Shown here piece by piece: positions 29,097-37,682 of a DNA stretch of 64,000 nt. The translations under genes and the position numbers were made by a program. The stretch comes from Candidatus Bathyarchaeia archaeon. GTDB taxonomy: Archaea > Thermoproteota > Bathyarchaeia > Bathyarchaeales > Bathycorpusculaceae. Every line of letters begins with the position of its first letter. The first letter of the stretch is position 1. The stretch lies in the NCBI GenBank assembly GCA_050010755.1, contig JBEKKK010000001.1, positions 544,001 to 608,000 on the forward strand. The letters run 5' to 3'. The notes under the pieces are model-generated. The model saw only the letters and a list, made by a program, of their open reading frames with translations, was not told where the DNA came from and ran no database searches.

Positions 29097-29975
29097 ATGA
29101 GGGAAACCGCGTTGGCCAAAAAAAGACTTTCGATAGCAATTCCGGCCTCCGTTGTGTCTGACACGCCGCACTTGCGTGAAAAAACTGCCAAAATAGGCCT
29201 AATAGGCAGAGCGGCTGCGATCTTCAGAGTTGACGAAATCATAATCTTTCCGGACGCTCCAGGCAGCAGTCAGAATACTGAGGCAAATTTGGTTTCGACG
29301 TTGCTGAGCTATCTGGAGACCCCGCAGTACCTTCGGAAGAGATTGTTCAAACTGAGCCCAGATCTGCAGTACGCAGGCATACTGCCGCCCCTTCGAACAC
29401 CGCACCATCCACTCAACCGTCAGATTAAGGAGCTTCGGGTCGGCGAATTCCGTGAGGCCGTCACATTGCCGGGAACAGAGAAGCAGACTCTCGTGGACAT
29501 CGGTGTAGAACAACCAGCTTTAATTCGAGACAAGGATCTAGCCGTCGGCAAACGAGTCACTGTCAAAGTTGTAAAATGGGATGGGAAGGTTGTCGAGGTT
29601 GAGCTGGCGGATCGGGATGAAGCACCCTTCTATTGGGGCTATGCTGTCATTGTGGAAAGCCATCCATTCAGCAACATTCTGAGGAAGAGGGGTTTCGATC
29701 TGGCAGTTGCCACTTCTAGGTACGGCTCACCTTTTGCCAATATAGCTGGAGAATTCGTTGAGCGATGGAAAGCTGCAAACAATGTTCTCGTAGCTTTCGG
29801 GGCTCCCAGCCAGGGTTTGGGCGACATAGTCAAGCGTGAGGGTCGCAGATTGAGCGAACTCGTGGACTTTGTGGTCAACACGGTTCCAATGCAGGGAACA
29901 GAGACCGTACGATCCGAAGAAGCACTTTTCGCTTCTTTGGCCATCTTCAACATTGTCCTCGAGTTAAAAAAATGA
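29097..29975 (+). CDS. SPOUT-class RNA methyltransferase (DUF171/COG2106)
   Basis: IGRAAAIFRVDEI, ETPQYLRK, GILPPL, QGTETVRSEEA. Confidence 0.9.
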   Translation: MRETALAKKRLSIAIPASVVSDTPHLREKTAKIGLIGRAAAIFRVDEIIIFPDAPGSSQNTEANLVSTLLSYLETPQYLRKRLFKLSPDLQYAGILPPLRTPHHPLNRQIKELRVGEFREAVTLPGTEKQTLVDIGVEQPALIRDKDLAVGKRVTVKVVKWDGKVVEVELADRDEAPFYWGYAVIVESHPFSNILRKRGFDLAVATSRYGSPFANIAGEFVERWKAANNVLVAFGAPSQGLGDIVKREGRRLSELVDFVVNTVPMQGTETVRSEEALFASLAIFNIVLELKK

Positions 29976-30223
29976 GTCCGTTTTGAGCTCTTCTGAACGG
30001 CACTGCGTTCCAGCGGAACATTAAATAGGAAAACAGAGGAAGGCCCCATGCGTTTACGAAGTTTTTGTGATAGGAAGTCTAAAAATGCCATTTTCCTGTA
30101 GGATGCGCGGAATGTGCAATGCTTTGTTCTTTTCATAAAGAGATAAATGTGCGTTGTACGTATGTGCCCGTATGTGTTTCGTATCTAATGGCGATTCTGC
30201 CGGTGCAGGTCTTCGTCTGTTGA

Positions 30224-31636
30224 ATGAGGGCTGATCAAATGGTGAAGGATAAGAGACTTGCATTTCTTGCAATGATGTTGCTGTTGGCTGCTGTGTTCTT
30301 GGCGGTGTCAATTGTCAAGCCTGCTTTTGCATCTGGTGATAGCAGCACGTCATCAAACCAGGTACAGGTGTTTGTTCAGCCTTTGGTCATACTGAACTAC
30401 TCTGCAGTTTCTGGGCAAATGTTTGAAGTGAACATCAACGTCACAGCAACGGGGACGCTTGACCTTCACGGTTTCACGATGAGGTTGAGTTACGATTCGA
30501 CTCTCGTCAGCTGCACGAATGCTGAAGCGGGCGACATCTTCACAGGCAGCGCGTATCTCAACACGACCATCATCGACAACTCTGCCGGCAACGTCTATGC
30601 TTCTGCCAATCTCACGTCTCAAAGCGCTGAGGTCAACAACAATGGGACTCTTCTAACGCTCCAGTTTCAGGTGGTAGGGACCGGCGCGACGAGCCTTCAT
30701 TTTTACGACGTTGCTCTTTATAGTCCTGGAGGCGCGGAAATCCAGTTTACGTCGTATGACGGGTATTTTAACAACGAGTTCAAGTTTGACTTAACGATGC
30801 CGCTGACTCTTCTCACAGTCACTTTTGCCAGCATGTTTCTTTACCCCAAGATCGAGAACAAGCTCAAAGGAGCATTTGAAGAGACCGAGTTTCGAGTTCG
30901 CGACGCTGTTTTGCTCGTTGGAGCCATGGCCGTCATGATCACGCTGATAGTTGTCGTTCGGCAGCTCAGCATCGTTTTGATTATACTGTTTCTTTTCGCC
31001 TACTCTCTGCTGCTCTACACGTTCGGTTATCTGCTGGCAAAGAAGCGCTGGTACATAGGAGTAATAGCGCCGGCGGCTTTCATTCTACTATACGCGTTCC
31101 TGAGAAACAGCTTCATCTGGACTCAATACCTGTCTAACGTCTACGGTCTTATCTTCGCCATATTGATCACTCTCTATCTGGCAGGCCTGTTCAACTGGAA
31201 AACCACGGCGGTTTTCGGCGTCCTCATAACAGCCATGGACATAATCCTCGTCTTGGTGACCAAAACAACGGTGCAGGCCGCAAATGCGGCGGTGAGTCTG
31301 AGTCTTCCGGTGCTGGTTCAACTACCTCTGTTTCCGTTGATTTCCACTGGGGCTGGATTATTGATACTGGGTCTGGGTCTAGGGGACTTTTTCTTCGCCG
31401 GCTTGCTTGCCGTTCAAACGTACAAGAAATACGGGAAAGGCTTGGCCATCGCCTCAGTCGTGGGAATGACCATATCTTTCTTCATCTTCGAAGCGTTAAT
31501 TCTCACTTACAACGTTGGGGCGTTTCCAGGCACGCTTATGATTATCTGTGGATGGGCACCCTTCGTGCTAGCTCAAACATTGAGAGACCGACGAAAAACC
31601 AAGGGCCCGAAACTAGAACAAGTGGTTCCCAATTAA
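30224..31636 (+). CDS. Cohesin-like ectodomain fused to a GxGD (presenilin/SPP-like) intramembrane aspartyl protease
   Basis: Signal peptide; cohesin-like FEVNINV..LSYDSTLV..GTLLTLQFQV..DGYF; nine TMs with AMDIIL (TM6), LGLGDF (TM7), FPGT (PAL-like, TM9). Confidence 0.8.
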   Translation: MRADQMVKDKRLAFLAMMLLLAAVFLAVSIVKPAFASGDSSTSSNQVQVFVQPLVILNYSAVSGQMFEVNINVTATGTLDLHGFTMRLSYDSTLVSCTNAEAGDIFTGSAYLNTTIIDNSAGNVYASANLTSQSAEVNNNGTLLTLQFQVVGTGATSLHFYDVALYSPGGAEIQFTSYDGYFNNEFKFDLTMPLTLLTVTFASMFLYPKIENKLKGAFEETEFRVRDAVLLVGAMAVMITLIVVVRQLSIVLIILFLFAYSLLLYTFGYLLAKKRWYIGVIAPAAFILLYAFLRNSFIWTQYLSNVYGLIFAILITLYLAGLFNWKTTAVFGVLITAMDIILVLVTKTTVQAANAAVSLSLPVLVQLPLFPLISTGAGLLILGLGLGDFFFAGLLAVQTYKKYGKGLAIASVVGMTISFFIFEALILTYNVGAFPGTLMIICGWAPFVLAQTLRDRRKTKGPKLEQVVPN

Positions 31637-32578
31637 GAATGGTTTTTCGCCGACATTGCTCAACTGCACGTTCTTGAAGCCTATCTCATTGAACCTTTCA
31701 GCTATTCTCCCGGCATTCTTCTTGTAAGTGTTTACGAAAACTGATGGACCAGTGTCCATCGAATACCACGCCTGCAATCCTTCTTCTCTCATTCGAATAA
31801 CCTCTTTTATTACGCGAACCGTGTCTGGCTCCCACAGCACCATATGAGACTTCCCGGTCATGGTGATTGCATGAAGATTCAAAGTGTCTTCCTCAGCGAG
31901 CGTGCCAATCTTGGGCGTGTCTCCAAGAGAGATGGCTTTTTTCATTCTTTTCAGCAGGTCGTTAATGTTTTCCAATCTTGCTTTGAATAGGCATGAGCTG
32001 AGCACTTCCGCGTGGGCTTCGTCAGTTTTAACGTCCGAGCGAACAGGCACTATTACCATTGAAAAATCCATGTTCTTCGAAGTTTCCAATTGCTCAGCAT
32101 ACGATCGGCCTCCTCTGTTGGCGTACCATATTGCGAAACCTCCGACGATGCTTCTTGTGGCAGAACCCGCCCCGAGCCTGACGATTTCTGAGAGCGTCAA
32201 GCTGTCAAGACCGAGACTGAGTGCTTCCGCAGCCGCGAGGCCCAGAGCCGCAAAACCAGAGGCTGAAAACCCTAGGCCCTTGCCAAATTCAAGGCTGTTC
32301 TGAGAGACCACTTTGAAGCTGCCGGAATACTCTGCGAGTTCTTTGAGTTTATCGAGTACGGTTTCAACTCGCTTCTTTTCGACGACGTTCGGCTGTTTTC
32401 CGTTGATTGTTATCTGGTCTTTTTTCGATTCCTTCAGCGTTTCGACGGTGGTTGTAGTGGTTAAGGCTTGTATGCACACTGATATGCTGTCATGGTAGGG
32501 GATTCTCTGCCTAGGATCCTTCAACCCGTGATACTTTATCAATCCCTGTATCGGATGAGCCTTGGCTGTAACTTTCAT
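31613..32578 (-). CDS. mvaD: Phosphomevalonate/diphosphomevalonate decarboxylase (GHMP family, haloarchaeal PMD-like)
   Basis: AKAHPIQGLIKYHG..PYHDSISV, GLGFSASGFAAL, RLGAGSATRS, SMDTGPSV. Confidence 0.9.
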   Translation of the reverse strand: MKVTAKAHPIQGLIKYHGLKDPRQRIPYHDSISVCIQALTTTTTVETLKESKKDQITINGKQPNVVEKKRVETVLDKLKELAEYSGSFKVVSQNSLEFGKGLGFSASGFAALGLAAAEALSLGLDSLTLSEIVRLGAGSATRSIVGGFAIWYANRGGRSYAEQLETSKNMDFSMVIVPVRSDVKTDEAHAEVLSSCLFKARLENINDLLKRMKKAISLGDTPKIGTLAEEDTLNLHAITMTGKSHMVLWEPDTVRVIKEVIRMREEGLQAWYSMDTGPSVFVNTYKKNAGRIAERFNEIGFKNVQLSNVGEKPFLIGNHLF

Positions 32579-32663
32579 CGCTCATCGCCCTGAAAAAGAC
32601 TGAATATCGGCTAGTAAACTGTTGCTGTTAACGTGGCTCAGAAAATAGGGTAAGAAGAAGATT

Positions 32664-32969
32664 CTAACCGAATAATGCGCCTAAACCTTCGAGTGCTGCT
32701 TCTTCTTTCTGTTTCTCGTCTTCCTTCTTTTCTTCCTTGGGTTTTGCTTCTGCTGCTGGGGCTGCTGGAGCTGCTGCTGGCGCGGCCATCATGGTTGGAG
32801 CTGACTTGATTGCCTCATCAATCTTGACTTCGGCCAGAGAAGCAACGAGTGCTTTTACGCGCACGGTATCAGCGCTTATGCCTGCTGCCGTCAGGACTTG
32901 TGTCACGTTTGCTTCGTTTATCTCTTTTCCTGCCTTGTGAAGGAGCATTGCAGCGTAAATGTATTCCAT
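32664..32969 (-). CDS. rpl12: 50S ribosomal protein P1 (L12p)
   Basis: [11 protein letters not shown], Ala/Pro hinge, GLGALFG. Confidence 0.98.
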   Translation of the reverse strand: MEYIYAAMLLHKAGKEINEANVTQVLTAAGISADTVRVKALVASLAEVKIDEAIKSAPTMMAAPAAAPAAPAAEAKPKEEKKEDEKQKEEAALEGLGALFG

Positions 32970-33342
32970 GCTTTTTCACCTCTCAACTCAAATATTTCAA
33001 GTTTTTTCAGTTGGCGCAACCTTTTGCTCTAAGGTGGGCAATCTACTACTTTAGAGTTTCCTATTAGTTAGGTTACTCCATGGCTTTGCTACCATGTATT
33101 TGCCCAACCTAAGTGTCCTTTGAAATATAAAATCCAAAATTTAAACCTTCTGTGAAAGATAAACCTTCAAAAGCCCTCAATCCCATTCTGTGCAGGCAAT
33201 TTTAGAACCACGATGAGAAACTTCTATGGACTCCCTGAAATCTCCATTCATCTAAAAAGAGTAAACATGAACTCTAGCTGCTTCTCATATTCCTGTTTCA
33301 GCTTGACTATAGCCTGTTGAATTGCTTAGGAAAGGGTGGGTT

Positions 33343-34017
33343 CTAGTAGTAGTGTGTTATTGTTACAGTCCCATACAAGGGTCCACTCAGAATGCCGTAT
33401 GGGAAAAATTGAATTGATGCTTCTGATGGCAGGACAGGGAAAAGGACAGTTCCGTTTTTGACAATGATAATCGAGTTTTCATAACTCATTCCGTGAGAGA
33501 AGTAGCTGACTGTCACGCTCACGTTGTCACTCCACGAGACTTGAACAGAAATATATCCAGCAAATGATGCGTTCTCTTCAATTGGTTCCCAGAGGTCTAC
33601 CATTCCTTCGACCCATGTCGCAGACTTGTCAAGATTGAGGATGCTAGTAAGGTTATCAACTATGTCGGTCACGTTGTTAACTTGGTTCTGTACTTGATTA
33701 AGCATCGTTTCATTACCATCTAGCCATGCTTGAGTTTGATTTAGCAACGTTTCGTTTCCTTTCAGCCATGTTTCGGTCTGCGTAGGTGAAGACTCATTTC
33801 CAAGTAGCCATGTTTGGGTTTGATTGAGCATAGTTTCATTGCCATTTAGCCATGTTTGCAGTTGTTTGTTTTGGTCTTTGAGATTGTTATAGCTGTTAGT
33901 TGCTGAAATGCCAGTTACAGTAAAATATGCAATGGGAGCTACTAGGACGATACAGATACTTCCAAGTGCAATAGCAACATTTCTACTAACCATCTTCTTT
34001 GGCTTAGTTTCATTCAT
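33343..34017 (-). CDS. Membrane-anchored hypothetical protein with 14-aa tandem repeats
   Basis: N-terminal TM; four QxxxWLxGNExxxx repeats; AT-rich DNA. Confidence 0.7.
   Translation of the reverse strand: MNETKPKKMVSRNVAIALGSICIVLVAPIAYFTVTGISATNSYNNLKDQNKQLQTWLNGNETMLNQTQTWLLGNESSPTQTETWLKGNETLLNQTQAWLDGNETMLNQVQNQVNNVTDIVDNLTSILNLDKSATWVEGMVDLWEPIEENASFAGYISVQVSWSDNVSVTVSYFSHGMSYENSIIIVKNGTVLFPVLPSEASIQFFPYGILSGPLYGTVTITHYY
33697..33864 (-). repeat. Four imperfect 42-bp coding tandem repeats
   Basis: QLQTWLNGNETMLN/QTQTWLLGNESSPT/QTETWLKGNETLLN/QTQAWLDGNETMLN. Confidence 0.8.
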
Positions 34018-34280
34018 TCTTGAACCTCTTGGTTATCTTTCGGTATTTTGTCTCTCAGGTATTTATCTAATGCACCAGTTTCGAATATCACATAAAATCC
34101 AACAAGCACAAACAGTAGGCTTAAGAGGTATAGGATTGGGACGATGTAATTCAAATTCAAGTCAGAAAAATCACTGTCAAGCGTTGCCTGCAAAATGAAA
34201 GTACCAATGGCAGCTATCGCACCAACAACCACGATAACCAATCCAATCATAATCTTAAATGTGTTCTTTTTCATTCCCAT
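34014..34280 (-). CDS. Small two-TM membrane protein
   Basis: Two hydrophobic helices; stop overlaps start of downstream gene. Confidence 0.65.
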   Translation of the reverse strand: MGMKKNTFKIMIGLVIVVVGAIAAIGTFILQATLDSDFSDLNLNYIVPILYLLSLLFVLVGFYVIFETGALDKYLRDKIPKDNQEVQE

Positions 34281-34527
34281 TTCTCCAAAAGGTCAATGCA
34301 TTTTAAGCAAGGTCTCAATTGTGTTTGCCAAGCCTCTAGTTTGCTCTGTTTGTTGCTTGCAGATTTAAGATTTCTCTCTTCTTTGTAGGGCATGGTTAGT
34401 GCGGGAATGGTACAGTTTCTTTTGACATTTCTTTGAATTTGGGCGCGGTTTTTGATGCGAGAAAAAAAAAAACTTTTTCGGAACTAAGCTGGACGGAGAC
34501 TGTGTTTTGCGAATGAAGTTCCTAGCA

Positions 34528-34710
34528 GGCTCTGTTCAGACTCCAAAGTCACTCATAACGACATGTAAACTCACTGTACAGTTGCCCATCTGCAGGACGA
34601 TTTCAGGATTAACCCTTTTAACGATGCGAAGACACAGTGACGGCTTCGGCCCAGCCTGCGCTCACAGCTGCTAAAATCCCTCCGGACTCATCAACACGCG
34701 CACAAGAGCC
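34528..34710 (-). ncRNA. Candidate structured non-coding RNA (C/D-box/K-turn-like ends)
   Basis: Minus strand: TTTAAA at 34745-50; terminal stem GGCTCT(T)GT/ACAGAGCC; TTGATGA and CTGA boxes; inner helices TCCGGAG/CTTTGGA and GATTTTAG/CTGAAATC; T11 run at 34462-72; no sizeable ORF. Confidence 0.4.
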
Positions 34711-34851
34711 GAGAAGATGATTGCCGCCAACAGCCGCAGACCACTTTAAACACTCCTTGCCACTTCACGTCCCAGTTTCAAAAAAATCCATTCGACACTT
34801 TCCCAATTATTTGATTCACCCGCGCGCGATCGTTAAGGTATTATATCTTAA

Positions 34852-35703
34852 CTACTTAGGAAGCTTACTGCTTAAACTTAACATTTCAGCGTTGGCCTTT
34901 CGGATCAGGTCCTCTATCGTCTCCTTTGTAGGTATTGCCGCGTTCAATGAGAGCGTGTAAGCTTGTCTGTGGGCTATCTGCAGCAGAATGGCAATGTTTT
35001 CCTCTGTGGGGTAAGCGGCGCTAAGAGAAAGTGCGAGAGAGTCTGCGTAGGCTCTTTCAATGTCATGCTTTGTTTCTTCTGGGTCGATTCTGAGTTGTTC
35101 TTGAGTTATTATCAGGCCGTCCTCGTAGACGTAGGTCATTGCCAGGCCGGATTCAACTGGTTTGACTCCGAGTTTTGACAGCATGCTGGCAAGCCTTTCG
35201 TTGATGGCTTCACCCTTCTTAACGACCAAAGTGTCCTTGTTTATCCAAACGCTTCCGGACTCGATTCTAGTCGGCAAGCCCACGGCGTTCAGCTGGCTGA
35301 TTATCGGTCCTGGAGGTTGACCAGTGTTTCCCGCAGGGACAACAACGTCGAAGGCTGCTAGGTCGCCTGACTTGGCCGTCGTCTTGACCTTTCCCCTTTC
35401 CAAAATCAGGGCCAGCTTAAACGGATCCTCATCCGTGAAAATGTAAACATTCGACCCCTGAAGGTGTTCTTCAAGTCTCTTCAGGTCTGGCTTCTCCTTG
35501 CAGTTTTCAATCGCCAGCTTGATAAGCGTGTTCTTCATCACTCTCATGTACACCTTTTCCGCCAAGTTCTTCTTGAATTCCTGCATTTGCGCGGCTCTGA
35601 CCTTCTGCAGGTTGGCAATGCCGACGACCCTGTACTTCTTTATGAGGTCGGTTATCTCTTCGACTTCTTTGACTTTCTGTTGAAGAACCTGTTCAGATGG
35701 CAT
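34852..35703 (-). CDS. rplP0: 50S ribosomal protein uL10 (P0), without acidic C-terminal tail
   Basis: RVMKNTL, PAGNTGQPPGP, GLPTRIESG; follows rpl1. Confidence 0.96.
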   Translation of the reverse strand: MPSEQVLQQKVKEVEEITDLIKKYRVVGIANLQKVRAAQMQEFKKNLAEKVYMRVMKNTLIKLAIENCKEKPDLKRLEEHLQGSNVYIFTDEDPFKLALILERGKVKTTAKSGDLAAFDVVVPAGNTGQPPGPIISQLNAVGLPTRIESGSVWINKDTLVVKKGEAINERLASMLSKLGVKPVESGLAMTYVYEDGLIITQEQLRIDPEETKHDIERAYADSLALSLSAAYPTEENIAILLQIAHRQAYTLSLNAAIPTKETIEDLIRKANAEMLSLSSKLPK

Positions 35704-35718
35704 TCAGTTCCACTCTTT

Positions 35719-36369
35719 CTAAGGTTTAATCTTCACGGGCCCGCCCATGGCCATTTTGATATAGGCAAACTTTATATTTTTCATTCCTCTCTTCAGCTTC
35801 CCTTCCAAAACCCTCAGCACAGCCATTATGTTGTCGGTTATTTCTTCGTCTTTCATGTTCTCCATTCCGATCCGAGACTGCAGAGTAGGCTGGTTGCGCA
35901 ATCTTATCGTAACCGTATTTCTGTGCTTCGCTATCAGACTCGCTATGTCTGCCGACGGAGGCACTGGCACAGGCATTTTTCCTCTCGGACCAAGGACAGA
36001 GCCTAGGGTTTTTCCGATCAGAGGCATCAAAGGAGCTTCGGCAATGAAGAAATCGTATTGATTGGCTATCTTGCGCATCTCCTGTTTCTTGCCCGCCATG
36101 CCTTCAAGTTCAGATCTTTCAATAACATGATCCGCGTTTGCCCTCTTCGCTTTCATTGCGAGTTCTCCTTGGGCGATGACGCATATCTTGTTCGCCTTCT
36201 CAAGAGCGTGCGGCAGCTCGACGACTTCTTGGATTTTGGCTTCCGGTGACTTCATGTCGATGTCTTGCAGCTTCAAAATCAGCTCTATTGACTGGTTGAA
36301 CTTTCTCTTTTCAGACTTTTCCCTTGCCTCTTTCACAGCTGTGAGTATTGTTTTTTGGTCTAAGGGCAT
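35719..36369 (-). CDS. rpl1: 50S ribosomal protein uL1
   Basis: RKFNQSIEL, LGPRGKMP. Confidence 0.97.
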   Translation of the reverse strand: MPLDQKTILTAVKEAREKSEKRKFNQSIELILKLQDIDMKSPEAKIQEVVELPHALEKANKICVIAQGELAMKAKRANADHVIERSELEGMAGKKQEMRKIANQYDFFIAEAPLMPLIGKTLGSVLGPRGKMPVPVPPSADIASLIAKHRNTVTIRLRNQPTLQSRIGMENMKDEEITDNIMAVLRVLEGKLKRGMKNIKFAYIKMAMGGPVKIKP

Positions 36370-36428
36370 TTTGGAATCCTCGTGCCAATGGAGGAATGGA
36401 ACGGGGTTATAAAAATATTCGCTTGACT

Positions 36429-36917
36429 CTAGCTCTTACTGAACACTTCGTCGTACTTGCCGTCGTCAATTTCCCGTTGCACTTCACGGGGATCTTTACC
36501 TTCAGCCGTCACTCCCATGCTTACGCAGACTCCGAGAATCTCTTTCGTCGCCGTCTTGAGGGTTCTTGCCAGAAGTTCTGGTCGTTTCATTTTGGCTATC
36601 CGCACGACTTGATCAAACGTGAGATTGCCGACTTTCGCTGTGCTCGGAGTGCCCGAGCCTTTCTCGATTTTGAGTTCACTGACGATGAGGGCGGATGCCG
36701 TAGGGGTTCCAATCGTCACGTCAAACTCTTTGGTGTCAGGATCCACGAGCACCTTCACTGGAACCTTCATTCCAGAGTAGTCTTTTGTCAATTCATTTAT
36801 CCTGTTGACGATCGCCATGACGTTTACGCCTAACGGGCCGAGCGCTGGACCCAACGGCGGTCCGGCGTTTGCTTGTCCTCCACTAACGAGGAGTTCAATG
36901 GTTTTCTTGTCAGCCAT
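36429..36917 (-). CDS. rpl11: 50S ribosomal protein uL11
   Basis: GGQANAGPPLGPALGP, CVSMGV; ATG at 36917. Confidence 0.97.
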   Translation of the reverse strand: MADKKTIELLVSGGQANAGPPLGPALGPLGVNVMAIVNRINELTKDYSGMKVPVKVLVDPDTKEFDVTIGTPTASALIVSELKIEKGSGTPSTAKVGNLTFDQVVRIAKMKRPELLARTLKTATKEILGVCVSMGVTAEGKDPREVQREIDDGKYDEVFSKS

Positions 36918-37407
36918 TTTGTGTTTCACTGCCTGCAGCGATTTTTGATTTCTCAACTAGTTTTACGTAATCGGAATTCACGGTAATCGGCAACGTGAAG
37001 GTTGCCTCGAGAAGCTCGAGAGTGACCTCTGCCTTGGTTTTGTCGATTCGGGTTATTTTTGCCCGCATGCCCTTGAAGGGTCCGCCCGTTACTTCGACTA
37101 TGTCGTTTTCGTTTAGCTCTTCGATAACTGGTCTCTTGATGATGTATCTTTCAATTTCCGCAAAACTCACGATTCCCGGTATCCTTGACCGCACGTGTTT
37201 TACACCCGTTATTGCCTCTTCCACCAGATGCGGGCCTTGAGCCTCTATGAAAACGTATCCTCTCAACGCTTCAGGGACGAGAATGGCTTTTACAGGTATC
37301 TTGTTCATCTCGACCTTTGAGGCAACGAGCCTTGCGACGTTCCTCTCTTGGCCAGTTGTTGTTTTCACTGCGAAAATCTTCGGCTGGATTTCTTCGCGCC
37401 CTTCCAT
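36910..37407 (-). CDS. spt5: Transcription elongation factor Spt5
   Basis: TTTGQE NGN domain; KOW motif GGPFKG. Confidence 0.96.
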   Translation of the reverse strand: MEGREEIQPKIFAVKTTTGQERNVARLVASKVEMNKIPVKAILVPEALRGYVFIEAQGPHLVEEAITGVKHVRSRIPGIVSFAEIERYIIKRPVIEELNENDIVEVTGGPFKGMRAKITRIDKTKAEVTLELLEATFTLPITVNSDYVKLVEKSKIAAGSETQNG

Positions 37408-37426
37408 GAGCGTGTCTTCCTTTGTC

Positions 37427-37609
37427 CTAGGCCCCGGCGCTGCCAGGGTTCAAAACGGCTGATATAACCTTTATAACGTACCCTATCAACCCAATTGCTG
37501 AGATGCCCAAGAGGCATATCTTTATTGAGAGCCAGAGTTCGCTTCTTCCAGGTTTAATGGCAAGCCTCAAAGTCCTTCCACACTGAACTAGGAAATCTCT
37601 TAAGCCCAT
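37427..37609 (-). CDS. secE: Protein translocase subunit SecE (Sec61-gamma)
   Basis: RTLRLAIKPGRSE plus TM GLIGYVI; upstream of spt5. Confidence 0.9.
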   Translation of the reverse strand: MGLRDFLVQCGRTLRLAIKPGRSELWLSIKICLLGISAIGLIGYVIKVISAVLNPGSAGA

Positions 37610-37682
37610 GGTTCATCGCTTCCTCAACATTCAAGTATGTGATATAAACGTTGCTCCAGTCTGCTAGATAACCTGCGCGTTT

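Noticed and set aside
34670-34695. Hammerhead-ribozyme-like TGATGAGTCC..GGAT on the minus strand
   Set aside because: The core needs CUGAUGA and GAAA after stem II; here it is TTGATGA followed by TTTAG
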